Shown one piece after another: positions 11,450 through 26,428 of a stretch of 64,000 bases of DNA (positions are counted from its first letter, which is position 1; every line of letters starts with the position of its first letter). Source of the DNA: Nageia nagi. Lineage: Eukaryota > Plantae > Pinophyta. The stretch lies in NCBI GenBank assembly GCA_050084985.1, contig JBITNC010000001.1, forward strand, positions 41,912,001 to 41,976,000, read 5' to 3'. The notes under the pieces were generated by a model. That model saw nothing but the letters and a program-made list of their open reading frames with translations, did no database searches and was not told where the DNA came from. The translations under genes were made by a program, and so were the position numbers.

Positions 11450-12507
11450 GGCCAGAGAATACCATCGTACGCCAATTAGCAATTATCTACCAAATATTTT
11501 ATTTTATAGAAGTTTAGAAGATGTAGGATATCAACGATACACAAAGTACAGGATGTATGGGCATCTAGGAATCCTTTATCTCTGATAGGCACCCAATTAA
11601 CTTCTTGTGCTGACATCTTGAACTTACGTGGCCGTGCATTGTACAGGATGTACCTAGTGCATTTGCATGTATGTCAACTCAACCCATCAAACAATATCTA
11701 TAACAAGGAGGGTGGTGGCAGATTCCACTACAAGTGGCAATATTATTTAGTGGGGAGGACCATGTTGATAATGATGTCTGATTCTTCCTAACGTATGCTT
11801 CCAAATGGCGTTGCAATGGCTTCATTACGTCCAAGATGATTGTGTAATTGGTTCATGGAACTTGGCCCAAGATAGGGAGGCATGGGGACATGTCAGCCTT
11901 ATCATTCACATGCCGCTTAATGCCAACAAGATAGCAAGACTGAAAGAGGGTCCCATTCAGTAAGTGCATAGCCTGCTTTTTCATGACATAGTTTACGTTT
12001 CTTTCGTAGCTGTCCAGGAGATGATCGATTTATGATGCTTGCAATATTTTCTCGCAAGGTTTATCATAAGCCTTTGGAAAAAGCAAGATAGTTTCCTGGC
12101 GTATGTGAAGTGTCATGCTGCTTTCTTGTCTAGACTCGGTCGTCTAATAATTATCAGGTTGCCTTGTTGTCTGGACTTATTTCTTCTTTGATCATTATAT
12201 AATATAGTGCATAAAAATACTATTGCCTTTGTGGGCGCAATCAATGGCGAGCAATACCATGGAGAGAGTAAGCACAGCTTGGAGAGTGCTTTCCCCACAT
12301 GCAGGAGGCCATGAGAATTATTGGGGTAGACACTGAATGCATTTAAAATGTGGTCATTCGTTTGTATCGCTATCATGAAGTAGGCCTTTGGATCTATTCA
12401 GTCTTTGTACTTTGCATGTGGAGCCATTCTCTCGCCATCTACTTTGTATTATAGTGTTCAGTCATTTATCGAAAGGTCTATCACTACAAGATAATTTAAA
12501 ATTTCAC

Positions 12508-12577
12508 ATACAATGTATTGGAATGCTTGTGGAAATTGTGAAATACAATGTATTGGAATGCTAGTGGAAAGTGTGAA
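12508..12577. repeat. ~34-bp tandem duplication in the BAHD upstream region
   Basis: ATACAATGTATTGGAATGCT(T/A)GTGGAAA(T/G)TGTGAA x2; partially present in the paralogous region at ~50246-50300. Confidence 0.85.
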
Positions 12578-13199
12578 GCCTATTGCCTATTACAAATAAT
12601 GTGTCGTATTAGGAAGGCACAGGTGTCGATAGGGATTATTTAGAAAAATCTTCTTCGTCGTCTTGGACTTTGTAGATTGATATTTTAAGTTATGTAAAGT
12701 TTATTTCAAGAAATGTTTTTGTAATGATTAGTATAATCTTTGTGTCGAATCAGGAATGTGTTAATTGCCAACAAAGAGTGCAACTTGTTATGATTTTATT
12801 ATGAGTTTTTTAAATCATTTAATAATTATATGATTAAAATCCATCAAATATAATTGTCATCCTGTATTTCTCTTTTTTAATTGGTTGTAACTGATGAAGA
12901 TTTTTTAATCATATATATTTAAAATATGAAAACTTGAATGTGGTAAATGTTTTATTGTTTTATGGATATTTTAATAATAATGTTTATGAATTAAAAAATA
13001 CAAATAAAAAAGAAAAATAATTAAAGTTTTTTGAGTTGATAGAGAGGGGAGTTGAAGAGAATGGGTAGGTTTAAACTCTCAAGTAAACCTTTAGTATTAT
13101 ACAGAATCCACAAAGTTACAATGGCAAAATGCAAGTATTGAGGTTTCAAGACACTTGGTTTTATAAAAGAAAATAAAAAATAAAAACTGATTTTTTTCA

Positions 13200-13870
13200 A
13201 TTACATATTTAGTTTTCATTATATTCATTTGCATGTACTAAATTTTACTAAGATGTAGATATTAGTATTTTTCTTTCAAATTAAAAGAAAAACTTCAAGA
13301 AGATGGTAATTTGATTTATAAATATTAGAAAATAAAATAATTTCAAATAAAATTAAATTCATGAAAATATATACTGTAGTTTTACTTATATCTTTATAAG
13401 TTTTTATTAATTATAAATATATTTAGTTTTTATTACAATTTTTTTATGAAAAATGTATTTATATTCATAAAACCTTTTTCATTCACTTACATGTACTAAA
13501 TTTTACTACGATGTGGATATTAGTATCTTTTTTTCAAATTAAAAGAAAAAATTGAAGATGATTGTAATTTGATTTATAAATATATAAATAGTAAAATAAT
13601 TTGAAAAAAAATTAAATTCCTAGAGATATATGGTGTAGGTTTACTTTATAAGTTTTTTATTAATTATAAATATATTTAGTTTGTATTACATTATGTACTA
13701 AATTTTACTTTTACTATTTTCTTTCAAATTAAAAGAAAAACTTGAGGATAATATTAATTGGATTTATAAATATGTAGATAATAAAATAATTTTAAATAAA
13801 ATTAAATTCTTGAAAGGATATATGATGTAGGTTTACTTATATGTTTATAAGGCTTTATTAATTATAAGCA
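13200..13870. repeat. AT-rich tandem array, three units of ~200-260 bp
   Basis: ATGTACTAAATTTTACT...TTTCAAATTAAAAGAAAAA...GATTTATAAATA...ATTAATTATAA recurs at ~13233, ~13491 and ~13693. Confidence 0.9.
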
Positions 13871-14242
13871 TATATTGTTTAAATATCATATATATTATAA
13901 ATGTAATATTTTTCATACAAATATCTACACAAATATAAGTGTATAATGATAAATTCAACATAAGTTTTAGCAAGAAGATGTCCTCAATTTCTACTAAAAT
14001 AATAGCTAGTTTTTTATCAACACATTCATATATTCTTGAAAATAAACAAGAGTATTAATCTTATTTTATATAAGAGAGATAATAATTCCCAATAATTTAA
14101 ATAAGTAATTTAATAAAAAAATGTGTACTTTATTTGAAGGATTATAACATCATTATTAAAAATAAGTGAAAGTAAGGATTTTATTTGTATATTAATTATT
14201 TTAAGTAAAGTAATTTATATTGTCTAAATGGTTTGTGCCTTT

Positions 14243-14244
<2 letters not shown>

Positions 14245-14274
<30 letters not shown>
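14245..14274. repeat. (TAA)n microsatellite
   Basis: About 10 TAA units. Confidence 0.95.
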
Positions 14275-14275
<1 letters not shown>

Positions 14276-14329
14276 GTCATTATTATTGTTATAACAAATT
14301 CAAAAAAAATTATTTCTAGATATAACATT

Positions 14330-15690
14330 AGACTCTCACCATGACAAGCAGATTCCTCATGTATTTGTCACTTTCTTCTATGTGTAACAACCAATATTTC
14401 ACTCGATGACATCCACCAACTAGAGGCCATTGCCATGCAACTATAACATGAACCTATTCATCATAGGATCTATGCAATATTATTGGAGGCATCTCATTAC
14501 TATGCCATGAGATCACATCCTCATTCAGATGTGAATAAGGCTTTACACACCCAACAATATCCCACTTAGAGATTGATTCACTACTTCAGATAGGAACATA
14601 ACTTTATCTTCTTATTATGATGCTCCATGAACTATTCTTCTTCATCCTAGATCAACCATATCATCATGAAATCTTCTTTAAGTCTTTCCTTACATCCTTG
14701 TCCTTTTATTTTCATCTCGAATATAAAACACCATGCACCATCCAACCTTGTGGGTTCCCAAATCCCATTCCTTCTAATATTTCCTTGCATAAACAATCAA
14801 CACCATTGGTATCTAAATCATATGAAACTATAGGGAACTTCAAACTTCACCTCTATCTTTGAATATCCTTGGTGGAATTTCTTGTATCTTGATGTTGAAG
14901 ATCCATTGTGCACCTTTGGTATCCATATCATCTCCTTGAAACTTCCTTATACAAGATCTAACTTGATATACATCATCATTGCTTGCACTACTTCATTAAT
15001 CTATGCTCTTCCATAGTCATAATCAATACAATGGAAAACCCCTTTCCAATTTCAAGTTGCATATACAAGATGGGGAAGTATAGAATAAGAGAAGTAGCTA
15101 GTTTCTCTTGCAATCCATGAAACTTACTAAAAGCCCAACATTAAGCTTTAATACCAATTATTAGTATTTATAAATATGATTATGTGAAAGAAAATTTGAA
15201 TAGAAGAAATAAAACATGCAGGTAAAGAGAAGACAACAAATTTTTGAGGTTCACTCAACATGTTGTTAAGCTACATTCCTGGAGAAGCATCAAAAATGTA
15301 ATTCTTGTAATCCATAAATTACAAAATATAATAAGGAAGAATTGCTCAATAGAAATAGCTACAATACCCTCTCTTCATCTCTTTGCAAGATTCTAATACA
15401 TAGGTTTCTCCTCACCCATAAATATAATCACTCCATCATGAATATAACTCATTCCCCTCTTCTTCTTAGTAAGAGGAATACAATGGATCAGGTATACCAT
15501 TACAACATTACAACTCTTTATATGCCCTTTGAGAATTACCACTCTCTTTGATATTACAATACCATACCTCTCTCCTTCTCAATAGGAGGAATACATCATG
15601 GGCATCCTTCCAGTATGCTAACATAGGCATTACACATTGGTACAATGCAACATAGGTCAATATGTATATTATACTTTACAACAACATTGT
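14330..15690 (-). mobile_element. Degraded LTR-retrotransposon remnant (LTR, PBS and internal fragment)
   Basis: Degenerate tRNA-iMet PBS TGGTATTAAAGC on the minus strand at 15156-15145; LTR-like sequence to its right, decayed coding-like sequence to its left. Confidence 0.4.
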
Positions 15691-16799
15691 CTAATTAGTT
15701 TGTGCAACTTATATATAGTATGTTATTGCAATGTGAATTTTTTAAATTACATGTTTAATATACTTTAAGAATAGTTTTCATTGATAAAATAAAATAAAGA
15801 AGCTTTACTTATCATTTTGCATATCCTTAGTTTAATTATTTAAGGAAATAATATATATATATATATATATTAGGAATTCAGACATCATCAAGAAAAAGAT
15901 TTAAGGGAAAATTGCAAACACTTAAACTATAGATTTTACTAATTTTAGTTATCTAACTTAACTAATGAGTTAGATTATTTTATATTCGAATATAATTAAT
16001 ATCAATTACTATAACAAAATGCTTATTAACTTAAGTAGTTTAAAATTTTTAAGATTCAGTATTTATTTTGCATCTACAAATTATAAAACCATTTTATTTT
16101 GACATAAAATGATGTAGAGGAATGAGTAAGAGTTAGTATAATAAAAAATATCTTACCCTTTATCTATGTCATCTTATCCACTTCTTAATATATTTAACTT
16201 GTATATTTCATTTCTCTCTATATTCATCTTAGGAAAATCATCTTCTTATTTTTAATTGTTGATATATCCTATTGAAATTATATATTATAAATAAAATAAT
16301 AATTTTTTATCAATATGAAGATAATCTAAAGATTATTTTGCTACAAGCTTATGCCATATTGAAGTTAATTCGATGCCTAAGTGGATAGTTCCAATCCATA
16401 CCGAAGTAGTCAAATCCTAGAGCTAAGGGTTTAAGATCATTTGATAGCCTTTGTGACTTTTGAAACATAAACAAAATTAACAATATTATCACCATTACTA
16501 TTATCTCAAGGATTTTTAGCCTCAAAATAATTATGGTAAGTTCATGTTTGAGTTGCAAGCTTCCTCTTTTATTTGTGTAATCTTTCACTCTTTTTCCTCT
16601 TGCTTATCTACTCTTAACTTTCCTAATAGCCCTATCCTATACATATTCCTTTTGCTTCTTCTTCCCTCCATGCATTGTTCCAGCATAGCAAACTTCAACT
16701 TAGGGAAATCATTGAATATTTGGTATAGCCTCTTCAACTATGATTGATCCAAGGTGGTTTTTAATTATCCCTTTGATATAAAATGACATTAACCATGGA

Positions 16800-17400
16800 G
16801 TTGTACAACTCAATATTTAGGATACTTCAATCCATTCAAAGGAATACTATCATAAAAGCTTGCTCATTGGAAAATGAAATAGATTTAGATCGAACATTAA
16901 TCAAATTCAAGATTGGAAAAATCTAAAATGGAGGATCAAAGGTACTCTTGAGATCATTGAATTGTAGTATGGATGAATTTTATCAGTAAGGTTGTTATTT
17001 TTTTTAGATTAAAAAAGCCTTTACCCATGCAAATAATGCAAATTGTGCAAACAATTCTACCTATGAAAAACAAAATGTATCTACCAAGTTACTATATAGA
17101 TGCAACTCCTTAAATTTCTACTTGAATTTTAGAATGCAAATATAATAGCAAGTATTGATAAGTTAATCTAATCATTAATTGTAATGGACTTAAAGACAAA
17201 AACTAAAATATAACTTCTTATAGCAAGATTTTATGTTAACATGGACCTTACCAAGGAACTTGTGCATAGAAAATATTTCTAAATTACTTTGATAAATATT
17301 TAGAATAGAAAATTGAATATGAGCATATAATCCCTAAATGCAATTTGTGCATAACAATGATATAAACAAAAAACTATTACCCATGTATAAACTAAAAAAC
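16800..17400 (+). mobile_element. Degenerate L1 LINE ORF1 (DUF4283 / zinc-knuckle region)
   Basis: Fragments FIARFYVNMDLTKEL and IEYEHIIPKCNLC match the plant L1 ORF1 pattern; heavily decayed. Confidence 0.55.
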
Positions 17401-19039
17401 CCTCCCAACCAACCATGGAAGGCCCAACAATATACTGTAAGAGTGAAATCTAAAAAGAAATGGAAATCAATAATCCCAAAAAGATAAGGATAGAATAATG
17501 TGTAATGAACATAGTTATAACACCTGCACTACTATGAATAATAAAATCATTCAATTTAATTTTTGACTCAACCTTAGAAAAATAAGAAGCCAAAAAGAGT
17601 AGGAATGAATTAAGTAAGAGATTCAATAATTCCAAACCTTCCATATAATAACACATTAACTACACCCCAATATACCCTAGCACCTAAACCCATACCTATA
17701 CCCTCACTTACACCAATGTTTGCATTGATATTAAAACCTACACTTTCTCCAACACCCAAACCCTCACCCCCTACTCCTCCCTCCCCCTAGATAAGCATAT
17801 AACCCCTTGCATGGATAAGACTACCTCTAACTCAACAAACTCATAAGAACATCCCAAACCAATTATACTCACTAGAAGCATTTGAAATATAGTAAAGATT
17901 AGAAAATGACCTATTGGTAGTCCCCTAAAATGTAATATAAGAAATCGTTAAATAATAAAATAAATTACGAATGAGACCCAAAAGATTATAGACTAGAATG
18001 AAGGAATTAAATTAAATTTTTTAAAAAAAGGAATAGTCTCATGAAGATATGATCTATTTTTTTTCTAATTTACTATGCTTCATATAATGTATTTTTTATA
18101 TATTACAAAGACTACACTGATAAATTCATTAATTTTGGATTTAATAGATAGGTTTTGTGATCCTATCCAAAAAAATCATTTTTTTATCAATCAAACAAAA
18201 AAAATTAATTTAGTTTAGAATAATGATGATAAAAACTAAAATAAAACCAACCTACTATAAAATTATTTTCAACATAAAACTTGAACATCCATCCATATAA
18301 ATTTATCAGTCTAAAAAAACTTATGGTTACAAAATTAGGAACTAAACCACATGAACTATATAATGAAACACTTACATGGATGATACTTTAAGCACCATGG
18401 GATGAAATAATTTTTAAGTTTTGTAAAATAAATATCAAAGAAGATGAGGCTAACCAAAATAAGGTTGTTATTTTTATTTTGAATCTTGTTTTTCAAGTAT
18501 TAATGTTAATACACAAATGATATATATTTCTTTTTTGATACATTTTGATAGATCCTATAAATAATTTATTTTAATGGAAATTAAAAGGTGTCACTCTTTA
18601 TGTAACCTTAAATCACTTAGTAGAGAAATTATAAAATTATTAAGGGACCCTCTCATGATTTTTAGCAAGATAAAATTTTAATTTCTCCTTCATCCACCTA
18701 GTGACTATGGATGAAAAGTATGATGATAGCCAAGGCATAGCTAAAGCATAGCCAAATTACAACATGTTGGAATAACCATCCAAATATTCAAACTTGATAC
18801 ATCATATAGAAGATTCAAATCTTGACCCATTATGTTATCTCCTTAGGGAAAATATTATTTCATCATTATTATATGATCTCATCAACAATATTTATGGATT
18901 TAATTTAAATTTTTATTGAAGAGTTATTTTTAATTTTTTTAGCTTATGCTAGAGGAATTGATTATTAGTTATGTTATTCTCTACCTCATTGTGGTTTCAA
19001 ATCTTTCTCCCTTTAAGTAAAATTTTTAACACAATTGAT

Positions 19040-19683
19040 GATGTTAGAACAATACACCCTCCAATTCTATAAGATATGAGGGATTTAAAACTGAGTCAGT
19101 ACCTATTAATGGGCATGGATTGATCACTAGACTAAACCCCCAAGCCTAGATTCATATTCAATTTTATGAATACATATTCATTTCTATTTAATAATTTTGT
19201 TAACTTCAAAACCTAAAATAATTTCATCTACATTTAAGCTAGTAGTTAGGGTAGGTGTAGTTGTATTTCTTAGAAAATCTACCATTACACTCTCCCTAAA
19301 ACCTAAAATATGTATCCCAAAACATGCATATGGAATTTTTATTATTATGTGTAGCCACATGTTTCATAAAATCCAAAATATGTAGGCTCCATAACATACA
19401 AGTATGATTCCTCTCATCTATGCATAATTGCACCTTCTATAAATCCTAAAACATATGTTTATCCAAACTATTGAGTACAATTATTTTTCCTCTCCATTTA
19501 TTTATCATATATTTATATTTTTCTAAAAATTTGTATTTGCATATCACATACTTTACAAATAATAAAATTATTGATTTTCAAAACTCAAAGGTGTGATATA
19601 TATTTTCTAGTCACATATCCTAGAATGGTGTGAAACACAAAACTTATCTTCAAAATATATTTATCTTCCAAGTTATTTCATGA
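19040..19683 (-). mobile_element. Putative 3' LTR of an old minus-strand CRM-like Gypsy element (partner at 47812-48440)
   Basis: 19525-19683 aligns with 48290-48440 (e.g. CATATCCTAGAATGGTGTGAAACACAAAACTTATCTTCAA vs CGCATCCCAGAATGGTGCGAAACACAAAACTTATCTTCAA); a purine-rich stretch and an integrase end lie just 5' on the minus strand. Confidence 0.55.
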
Positions 19684-19779
19684 TACCCTTACATTAAAAT
19701 CTTAAGGTACAAAAGAATTATGAGCTCCTATTCATAGATGTTAGGTTTGAATGGTGAGTTTTATAAAATAAGGAAACTC

Positions 19780-20350
19780 AAGCATCAAACTACATACATA
19801 TTCTTCATCTCCCTATCATTTCCAACAAAAAAGTACTCTTTGTACTCATTTAATATATTATTCCTTACTATTCTTTTCTCTAGTGCACTTCAATTTCATG
19901 TCTCTTCTCAATAATTTATCTTATCCAATCCTCAAGTCTTGGATTGCCTATTTTTTCTTACCAATCATCATCATTTATCTCTATGATATTCTCTCCTATG
20001 TAGAGATGCAAATTTTTAACATTACATAGAGATGATTTATCTAACCCTAAACATGATTCAATCACATAAACATTATCTAAAAATAATTATATGATCTTAT
20101 AAGGTTCTATTTTTTAATACTTTATCTTATTGTAGGTTCCCTTGGGAAACATTTCCTTCCTTAAGAAGACTATAACCAAACCACCCACCAAAAAGTATTT
20201 AGTTCTTATTTTTCCATTGATCCTATATTTTTACTTGAGGTCATTATTTTTCATTATCTTTCTAATTTTATCATGCAATTGCTTGATATGCTTTATGAAG
20301 TATTTAGTGTCTACAATATTTTTATTACCAATCACTATCATCATATGTAT
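19780..20350 (-). mobile_element. Chromoviral (CRM-like) integrase C-terminus and chromodomain-like remnant
   Basis: VIVFLRKEMFPKGTYNKIKY*KIEPYKII...NVYVIE...CNVKNLHLYIGE, followed by a degenerate chromodomain-like KRIVR...EYKEYFFV. Confidence 0.75.
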
Positions 20351-20708
20351 AACCCCTCTAAGTGATCTTCTATACAAAATGTGAAAAGTTAACACATCAA
20401 TGTGAAAAGTTAACAAAATGTGAAAAGTGATCTTACATTCATAAAGTTATTATAGGAAAATATTTATTTTGCTAATACCATGTCTCATTACTATAGTTTA
20501 TAACTCTTGCTAGACTTATCAATAAATTGTTTAAGATTTAATTTACCATTTACATCTATCCATCCCTTTGAGGATGCTAAGTTGAAAAAAAATCCAATAT
20601 TATACCCAATATTTGTAATAATATTTTTCATAAATGGATAATAAACTTAGAGTCTCTATCAAAATTTATACTTCTCAACAATCTATGTAATCTCACCACC
20701 TATTGGAA

Positions 20709-21938
20709 TGATCTAGAGATCTTTCCTTAAGTGTTAATTTGGTTAGAGATTTTGACTTATAAGCTTGATCCATTATTTAAAATAAAATATGTTATTATAA
20801 AGGTTTTGATTATTTAAAATAATTTATATTTGATGCAATTCTATGAGGCTAACATGCTTAGAATGAGGATTTGTAACACTCTCATTTTAGGATGATATTT
20901 GGAGATTTTCCTTTGGGTCTTGTGAATTTTTGATGCCATGGAACCTATCAAAAATAAATCAATTATCTTTGGGAAGATAGAACTTTTGATAGAAATATTT
21001 AATTAAATTGGTTCTTTTTTCATTAGATATTCCTTGAAGACACTTTTCCAATTAGTATATGCATGCCTAACTTTATCAAAGATTTGATCACCATCCAGGG
21101 CATTTTCCATACAACTATCAATACTATCAACACTAATGCTAACACAACTGCTAGAGATGCTAGTACCCATGCAAATGCTAGCACTTGCATTATTTTTGAG
21201 GAGTACTTTGTAAGATTTTAAATTTGACATGTTTGGCATTTTATTATGATGATTTTTTATGGGGGATATTGCATATGAAGATTTGCATAGGTGCTAATGC
21301 AGACTTGAACATTCACTTGATTGTTCATGTGACACCCAACCTAATATCCAACCTTTCACCTACTTATACAACTAAAATACTAATACCAACACTGAGGTCA
21401 TTTCCTACACTAGAAATACAAATCATGTATGAATAGAAGGTGAAGTGTTTTGAGTCATTTTAAGATGTTTGAAATTTATTTAAAAGTTAGAAATCCATGC
21501 AATTGCTCTAGGAACATCGATTTCTACCAACATATCCTTGTGGAGACTTGGGAGAAGGGAGAAAAAGGTAGAATAAAGAAGAAGGAATTTGAAAAATAAA
21601 TCAAAACTTATTGTAGACATGTTGATTACTCTTGTAGTTTATTTATATGTTGTGGGATTCAATTTTGTGTTGATGATACTTTGAAGGATTATAAGTCCCA
21701 TTATAAACTTGTTGCATAATAGAATAATGGGATTGATGGTGGCTACTACAGGGGACATGCTCTCGTACTAAGAGGAACCTCTTTAAAAAACATCTATCAA
21801 TTTTATGGATGCTTCAATGTTATTTTCATTCTTATTTCTAATTGTCATTAGATTCTAGTTTCTACTTCAAATTCTATGATTTTTCAATATTAATGTGATG
21901 ATTCCTCATAAGTTATAATTTAAGGAAATTACAGATCA
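20709..21938 (+). repeat. 5' LTR of the CRM-like element
   Basis: Collinear with 26429-27630; ends AGATCA two bases before the PBS. Confidence 0.93.
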
Positions 21939-21940
21939 AG

Positions 21941-21952
21941 TGGTATCAGAGC
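21941..21952 (+). other. Primer-binding site (tRNA-iMet)
   Basis: TGGTATCAGAGC immediately downstream of the LTR. Confidence 0.95.
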
Positions 21953-24900
21953 TGAGTCAAAAAAATAGAATCTATGAATGCAAGGGAGAAGGAATCAAAA
22001 TTTGAATTTTCTTTCTAAAGAAACTAAGATTGGAAGAAGGAGTACTGAATCCATGGAAGATGTGCATGAAGAATAACTTCCTTAAGCCATCAAATATTCA
22101 ATTATTAATTTCATAGGAGATTTATTGCAATGAAGACCTTCATGAAGAACTATTTGACATGATGCCAAACAAGGAGTCACCTTAAACATAAATAAGATAA
22201 GATAGCAATCAATATTCAACACCATCACCACTTGCTACACTATTGCCTTTCAAAATTGAGGCTAAAGTGGAGATTCCATCATTTAGAGGAGAGGTGGATT
22301 CTGAGAAGTTGAATAATTGGCTAAGGTAGCTAGACGTTTATTTTCAAGTGCATGGGGTTATGAAGGACTTTACAAAAATCTCATTTGTAAGGTTGAAACT
22401 GAGTATACATGCTTTGATATGGTGGGAACCTCATTGTGACTCACTCAAACATTAGACCCTATCACCTCTTTTATCTTGGAAATATTTTAACCAATTGTTG
22501 AAGAAGCAATTATATCCATTAGGGTACAACAAGAAATAATTATTGAAATAGTAATTTCTAAGATAACATAAATGGTAATCTATTCAATAAGAATGCAAGA
22601 TATAACCATGTTGTTTGATCCCACTAATTTTGATAAAACTTATGTGCAAGCACAATATCATGAGGAGGATGCAAAATCCAAAAGACAATATGAAAAATCC
22701 AAGGGTACATCATCAAGTGGACAACAAGAGAATGGAAAGTCCCAATATAAAGAAAAAGCAATTAAGCAATAGAAGAAGACCAATACTACCACAAAAGCTA
22801 GCAAACATTTCTCTCGTTGTGACAAGGATGGGCATAATAAATAAGGTTATTTGGAACTTCATCCAGATAAGAAGAAACAAAAATGGTAGAAAATAACAAA
22901 AAAAAAAGTAAAAGAGCAATAAGATTTCTATGGTGACAAAGGGAGAAATAATAGAAGATAATTCTAATGTTGATAATAAGATCACTTATGCTACTATGTA
23001 AAAACAAGATGATGTAATTGAAGAATAATAGAAAACAAAATTATTTCATCTCAATATCCAAGTAGAGTAGACTAGAATTGATGTAATCTTTGATCCTAGT
23101 TCTTAGGCTAATCTTATTCCAAAAACTTGGGTTAATAAGCTTAAGTTAGAGACTATTACTCATCCTCATCCCTATCTTTTTGGTTGGCTGAATCATGGAA
23201 CTCAAATCTAAGTGACTAGAAAATGAAAGTTGGTGTTTATGATAGTAAGGAACTTCACTAATGAAGCTATGGTTGATGTGGTGCTTCTTAATATCTATAA
23301 TATAATTTTTTAGGAACCTATTTTTATGGGATAGAGATGGCATCTATTTCAAAAAATTGAATCAATACAAACTTATAAAGAATGATGTTCATTGTGAAAT
23401 CAATACTCATTAAAGTAGACACAAATTGGAGATGGTGATAACAAGTAAAGCTAAAATACCCATTAGTGCTAGAAAGAAGTGTATAATTGTTATGATCCAA
23501 CCAAAGTAGGTTGGAGGGTTCTTGTCAATGATGGGAACATTATCCACATTTAGCAAGAAAGATAAAAAAAAAAAAGTTTATATATTGCTAGAGGAGTGTG
23601 GTGAGTCATTTTTAGAACTAAAATGACTACCACCAAAGAGAGACATCCAACATGAGATCCAATAATGCCTGATGCAACTCTTTTAAATATTTGTATAGAT
23701 AGTTTGATATTGAGAAGGATGAGGTGAAGAGGAAAATTTATGAACTACTAAAACAAGGAAGATCATGCCAAGCACTTCACCTTATGGTTCACCAATTATC
23801 CTTATGCCCAATAAGAATGGATCATCGAGGATGTGCATTGACTACTAAGAATTGAACAAGATCGCCATCAAAAATAGATATCCATTGCTAATTACTAATG
23901 ATCTCTTAAAGTAGATGAGAGAGGGAAGTTCTTCACAAAGATAGACTTAAGAAGTGGTTATCAACAAGTAAGGATTAAGGAGGGAGAAATGTGAAAGACT
24001 GTATTTAAAACTAGAGAGGGGTTGTTCAAATGGCTTGTACTACCTTTTAGACTATGCAATACACCAACCACTTTCATGAGAGTAATGATTGAAATATTTA
24101 GATCCTTTTGTAATTAATTTATTATTGTTTATTTGGATGATATTATTATTTTTAGAAGAAATTAGGAATAAAATATGATGCATATAAAATAAGTACTACA
24201 AACTTTAAAAGATAATAAAGTATTATCAAAGATGAGCAAATGTGAGTTTGGCAAGCAAAGTTTGGTGTACCTTGGGAACATTATTGGAAATGGATAGATG
24301 GGAATTGACCCTAAGAAGGTGACGGGCATTTTTGACTAGATAAGGCATACAAATATCATTGAGACAAGAATCTTCTTAAGTGAAACTCAATATCTTAGAC
24401 AAGTCATTGAGAATTTTTCTAGTATAGCCTTTCCATTGCATGATATAACTAGCAAGAGGGATATTTTTCAATGGGGAAGGAAAGAACAAAGTGCTTTTGA
24501 TAACTTGAAGAAGAAAATTATCAATACAACTATTCTAGCATTACCCAATTTATAACAACCTTTTTAGGTAGAATCAAATGCTAGTAAATGTCTAATTGGA
24601 GCATTGTTGATGCATGGAAGGAGACTAGTTTGTTATAATTCAAAAAAGCTTAGTGGAGAAATGTTGAAGTATACAATCTATGATAAATACTTATTTTATC
24701 TTATCCAAGCTATTAAAAAATGGAAACACATCATACATATTGACCACCAACCATTATAGTACCTGCAAAGTCTAAGTTGTAGCAAGTAAAACATTTAAAG
24801 TGGATGGGTTTATTGCAATAGTCCTATCTAATTATTAAGTATAAAAAGGAAAGTACAAATAAAATTGTAGACATGTTATCTTTGCCACCAATAGAAACTA

Positions 24901-26428
24901 TTATTTCAGGTCTGAATTGTATTCTTAAAATTTATCCTTTTGTGAAAGAATCATACAAAGAACAATACTTCAATGACCTTGATTTCAAGAATATTTATTT
25001 TAAGTTGATTCAAAATAGTAGATATGTTGATGAGACTAATTATTGTATGAAATAGGTATTATTATTTAAAGGAAATGATTTGTATGTGCCACAAGAAGAA
25101 AGAGTGCATCTCATTAGAGAAGCACATACATCTTAGATTTTTTGACATTTTGGAGTGGGTAAGACTATAACAAACTTCCAAAGGTATGTGTACTAGCTCA
25201 AATTTCAAAATACATTAAAGGGTGTGTTTTATGTTGCATAAGCAAACCTAGTAATAGAAAGTTGGGATTATATTAGCCATTACCAATTTCTAGTACACCT
25301 TGGAAGAGCATATCCATGGATTTTGTGGGTGGTCTACTATGATAAAAAGGATAAATGATAATTTTTTTACTATTGTTTATATATTTAGAAAGATATGTGT
25401 TTTAATTACATGCAAAAAGACTACAATTGGAAAAATTGTAGTAGAGTTATTTTTCTCTCATGTGTGGGTTCACTTTGGACTGCCTAGTTCTATTATTTTA
25501 AATAGAGATGGTAGATTCTTGGGTAAGTTTTGAACAACCTTGTGAGAAAAAATGGAAATTGAGTTGAAGATAAAGACATCCTTTCACCCTCAAACAAATG
25601 GCCAAACTAAGGTAATGAATAGGAATATTGTACAATTACTTAAGGGGTATTGTCGAAAATATCCAAAATCATGGGATGAGCATCTTGTTTACATTCAAGA
25701 CTCTTATAATAGAGAAGTATATACTTACACAAGAAAAATACCTTTTGAAATATATTATGGATACCTTCTATCATCACCAATTGATTGTGTTTTTATGCAA
25801 CAAGATGATTTTGATGCAACCTTGGAGAAGGAGGAATAACAAGTTGAGAAATTCGTTGAAACAATCAAACTTGTTCATCTCAAGGTGCAAGAACAACTCA
25901 AAATAAGTCAAACCAAATATAAATTGAGGCATGATAGGAATAGGACTAATCATTAGTTCAAAGTTGGTGATCAAGTTTAGCTACACCTTAGTAACAAAAG
26001 GTTAGAAGGACCTTCAAATAAGTTAAAATCAATTAGGTATGGACCATACAAGATCATTAAGCAAGTGGGTGATTATGCCTTTAGACTTGATTTGCCTACT
26101 TATATGAATATTTATTCAGTTTTCAATGCTGAATGCTTTAAATTATTTGAGCCTTCCATAATATCTAAAAATGAAGTTGATTCAAGCACCATTTTACTAT
26201 CTAGTGATGATCTTTCCCCTAGCATAATGGATTAACTAAAGGATTAGTTTTGCAAAACAAGAATCGACATATAAGGAGAAGAAAATAAGAAATTTGGCTT
26301 GTTGGGTTGAAGGTAAATTTCCTAAAATAGAAAAATGATATGATAAGAGAAAGGTTGAGGGTTTTTTTCCTCATCTTATCTATAACTAAGCATTTTGAGG
26401 ACAAAATGTACTTCCCATTATGAAGGTG

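Noticed and set aside
11626-12345. ABRE (ACGTGGC at 11626) and L1-box (TAAATGCA, minus strand at 12338-12345)
   Set aside because: Short motifs expected by chance; the L1-box is not conserved in the paralogous upstream copy.
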